Origin: Synechococcus sp.
GTDB lineage: Bacteria; Cyanobacteriota; Cyanobacteriia; Thermostichales; PCC-7336
Reading direction: 5' to 3'
DNA: 44,360 nt
Assembly: GCA_051439425.1 (NCBI GenBank)
Contig: JBFRWD010000043.1
Span: 1 to 44,360 of the forward strand
The translations under genes and the position numbers were made by a program. This document shows positions 40,694 to 44,360 of this stretch, one piece after another. Positions within the stretch are counted from its first letter, which is position 1. Every line of letters starts with the position of its first letter. The notes under the pieces were generated by a model. The model saw nothing but the letters and a program-made list of their open reading frames with translations, was not told the origin of the DNA and searched no databases.

Positions 40694-40876
40694 GTGGCCG
40701 TTAAACCTGAAGTTGAGATGATTCAGGCTGCACTTGCCAGAATTTTTCAATACCAAACTGTAAAAAATCTCATGAGATATTCTGAACAGATGTTCGGCAT
40801 GTTTGTGCGAGAATGTTTCACGCACTGGGTGAGAATATTCATACAAGCCAATAATGCTTACAAGGCTTGTGAATAG
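40694..40876 (+). CDS. Putative 60-aa hypothetical protein
   Basis: Strong AAAGGAG 6 nt upstream of a GTG start; no recognisable motif. Confidence 0.4.
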   Translation: MAVKPEVEMIQAALARIFQYQTVKNLMRYSEQMFGMFVRECFTHWVRIFIQANNAYKACE

Positions 40877-41265
40877 TCGCAGTAACCCCAAGACTCGCTC
40901 AACTTCTGGATATAAGTCGATCTGAAGGGAGATCGATGTGAAACCAGTGAAGTATTTAGTTCGAGCCGCCGCATTTTCGCAGTTAGTCTTCAAGATTTTT
41001 TGAATTCGGTTGAAGCACCCATCGATCGCAACCAAGACCTGAGCCGGTGGTGTTCTTGTTGGATAAGCTATTCTTTTGAGTACACTGATGGATAAAACTG
41101 TTTTTGAATAGATGGGATACCGTAGTCGTGGTTGGGCAAGGCAATCTGCGGCATTTCTTCAGCAGTCTTGATGCTGTAGGTGCTCCGATTAACGTTTACC
41201 TCGCTCGTCGGAGGCTCTTAGGGATTCAGTTAGGGATTAACAACTGATTGAACGGGACAACACGT

Positions 41266-41889
41266 ATGAATCGCTCGGCTTCTTTCTGGGACAGGATTGC
41301 AGATCGCTATTCAAAACAACCGATAGCAGACGAAGCTTCTTATCAGAAAAAATTGCAGGTAACGCGCGAATACCTCGAGCCAGACATGGAAGTGCTGGAA
41401 TTTGGTTGCGGAACGGGTTCGACTGCCATTATCCATGCTCCATTTGTGCGCAACATCCGAGCCATAGACGTCTCGTCTAAAATGCTGGACATTGCCCGCG
41501 AGAAAGCTCGGGCCCAAGGGATTGAGAATGTATCGTTCGAGCAAATGATGATTGAGGATATTGAGATTCCGGATGGCAGCTTAGATGTTGTGCTGGGGCT
41601 CAGTATTCTGCATCTTCTAGACGAGCGGGAAACCGCGATCGCCAAAGTCTTCAATATGCTTAAACCCGGCGGCATATTCGTTAGCAGTACGACCTGCCTT
41701 GGGGATTTTATGAGCTGGTTTAAGCTAGTCGCCCCAATCATCGGCGTCTTTGGCTTGATTCCAAAAGTTAGCGTTATTACTGAAAAAGAATTGTCTGAGA
41801 ATTTGACTGATTCTAGTTTTGAGATTGATTATCAGTGGACACCCGGCAAGGGGAAAGCAACATTTATTGTGGCGAAAAAGCCTGAGTAA
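41266..41889 (+). CDS. Class I SAM-dependent methyltransferase
   Basis: FWDRIADRY, VLEFGCGTG, IDVSSKML, LHLL and LKPGG. Confidence 0.92.
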   Translation: MNRSASFWDRIADRYSKQPIADEASYQKKLQVTREYLEPDMEVLEFGCGTGSTAIIHAPFVRNIRAIDVSSKMLDIAREKARAQGIENVSFEQMMIEDIEIPDGSLDVVLGLSILHLLDERETAIAKVFNMLKPGGIFVSSTTCLGDFMSWFKLVAPIIGVFGLIPKVSVITEKELSENLTDSSFEIDYQWTPGKGKATFIVAKKPE

Positions 41890-42134
41890 TGATTGTAGGA
41901 ACAGTTGTGCGATCGGTTGAAGAATAAAGACCTCAGCTACTTGGAGAAAAGCTATCGAACAACGCGGTCAACGCATGCCCACAACTATTGAGAGTTTGTT
42001 GAGCACCCCAGAAGCTCTTGAAATGCTCGCTAGCTTTGACTGTCCAGCGAACAAATCGGCGATCTTTCTCCACTATATTTTGAAGGTAATTTATGGGGTG
42101 ATGCTTGCAGCCCTCTAGAATTCACCCGAATGTT

Positions 42135-42419
42135 TTAGTTCTGCGATCTCCTTAGCTGCCAGCGAGACCGGCATCTTTCATCCATTTCCGCAGCATACCG
42201 TCGCGCCCGGCGGTAGATCGTCAAACAGTCAACATTGACTCCCCATTCAGCCAACATCTCCTGAACATCCCGGTAACTCAGTCGATATTTTAAGTCCCAT
42301 CTAACTGCCATGGTGAAGCTCGACGGGGGGAAGTGACGGCATTTGAATGGAGGATCTACAGGCATTAGTCCGCGAACCAGAGGTATCAAAAGAGCTCAGA
42401 CCACCATCTTGCCTGAGCC
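42135..42419 (-). pseudogene. IS6-family transposase N-terminal remnant
   Basis: FKCRHF...AVRW..KYRLSYRDVQEMLAEWGVNVD..TIYR matches the IS6 N-terminus and is truncated. A possible end GGCTCAGGCAAGA lies at 42419. Confidence 0.85.
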
Positions 42420-42447
42420 ACCTTGAGTTTGGAATTGAACCCTAGAG

Positions 42448-43224
42448 CTACGCACCCAAAATGCTGAAGCCGCTATCGACATAGATCACCTGGCCAGTAA
42501 TACCGCTCGCCAAATCGCTGCACAAGAATGCAGCCGTATTGCCCACTTCCATTTGAGTCACATTGCGACGCAACGGAGCCTTCTCTTCCACCATGTTTAA
42601 CATCGAGTGGAAATCGCCGATCGCCGCAGAAGCCAGCGTCCGAATAGGGCCAGCCGAAATCGCATTGACGCGGACACCCTGTCCACCCAACTCGCTAGCC
42701 AAATAGCGCACGTTCATCTCTAACGCCGCCTTGGTAATGCCCGCCATGTTGTAGTTGGGCACCACACGTACCCCACCCAGATAGGTCAGGGTCACCACGC
42801 TAGACCCTTCACCCATCAGCGGTTTAGCCGCCTTGCAAAGCGCCACTAACGAATAGCTACTGATATCCATTGCTAACGAGAAACCATCCCGAGAGACATT
42901 CGTAAAATCTCCCGACAGCTCCTCTTTTTTCACAAATGCCAAACAGTGGATGAGGATATCTAACCCTCCCCAATGCTCGTCGATCGCCTTAAACACTCCA
43001 TCGATCTGCGCATCGTCCGACACGTTGCAGGGCAACATCAACTCGGGAGCCAGAGGCGCTGTCAGCTTCTCCACCTTGCCCTTAATCTTGTCGCGATCGT
43101 CCGGTAAGTACGTCACCGCCAGCTTGGCACCTGCCGCATGCAACTGTTGGGCAATTCCCCAGGCGATCGAGCGATTGTTGGCAATCCCCGTAACCAGGGC
43201 ACGTTTTCCAGTCAGATCTAGCAT
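42448..43224 (-). CDS. fabI: Enoyl-ACP reductase
   Basis: GIANNRSIAWGIA, ISSYSL, NYNMAGITKAALE and NAISAGPIRTLA. Confidence 0.97.
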   Translation of the reverse strand: MLDLTGKRALVTGIANNRSIAWGIAQQLHAAGAKLAVTYLPDDRDKIKGKVEKLTAPLAPELMLPCNVSDDAQIDGVFKAIDEHWGGLDILIHCLAFVKKEELSGDFTNVSRDGFSLAMDISSYSLVALCKAAKPLMGEGSSVVTLTYLGGVRVVPNYNMAGITKAALEMNVRYLASELGGQGVRVNAISAGPIRTLASAAIGDFHSMLNMVEEKAPLRRNVTQMEVGNTAAFLCSDLASGITGQVIYVDSGFSILGA

Positions 43225-43333
43225 GAGTGATTCTTTGGCGGCTTGTGTGATAGGACGGATTAAACAGGTCGCACTCTAGTGCTCTGTCGAATCCAAGGAG
43301 ATCGAATTAAAGGGCGATCTCGAGCGAGTTCAA

Positions 43334-43384
43334 AGGCTTACTGCAAAGTATTTTCTAAGAGACGATATCTCTGACAGTAAGCCT
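43334..43384. repeat. Intergenic inverted-repeat element, copy 4
   Basis: AGGCTTACTG (43334-43343) ... CAGTAAGCCT (43375-43384). Confidence 0.6.
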
Positions 43385-43401
43385 GAAAGTGTATGGGCCG
43401 A

Positions 43402-44360
<959 letters not shown>

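Noticed and set aside
40960..41200. Minus-strand fragments vaguely like a transposase C-terminus (LIQQEHHRLRSWLRS)
   Set aside because: Similarity is too weak and fragmented to call without a profile search.

Overview
A 44 kb piece of a cyanobacterial chromosome. The HIP1 octamer GCGATCGC is frequent, and the window carries cyAbrB, a cyanobacterial-type IspH, a four-ACT aspartokinase and a tocopherol methyltransferase. Most of it is housekeeping: ispH, vte4-like methyltransferase, lysC, lemA, purB, holA, menH-like hydrolase, rpmB, a Cu P-type ATPase, thiD, rsmA, fabI and ilvC. There are three accessory zones: a ycaC/ABM/pirin cluster with a decayed IS1 (1-3.5 kb), an AT-rich HTH-NACHT locus with a second M48 peptidase (9.8-13.8 kb), and a methyltransferase/IS6-remnant patch (39.6-42.4 kb). 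The most striking region is 9.8-13.9 kb. An HTH-NACHT (STAND) gene is split by one extra T in a T7 tract. It is preceded by three repeats with an 11-bp period and by a divergent, unannotated 33-aa membrane peptide ORF. Next to it is an ungapped 92-bp duplication of the 3' end of the M48 gene. The whole locus sits where strand-specific base composition visibly flips (G/T-rich on the left, C/A-rich on the right, + strand). Other unannotated signals are a locus with two NtcA-type boxes, a 31-aa ORF or sRNA and a terminator (23.3-23.6 kb), a dispersed intergenic inverted-repeat family (GGCTTRCT...AGYAAGYC), and several sub-60-aa membrane ORFs. All calls come from reading the sequence by eye; no searches were run.
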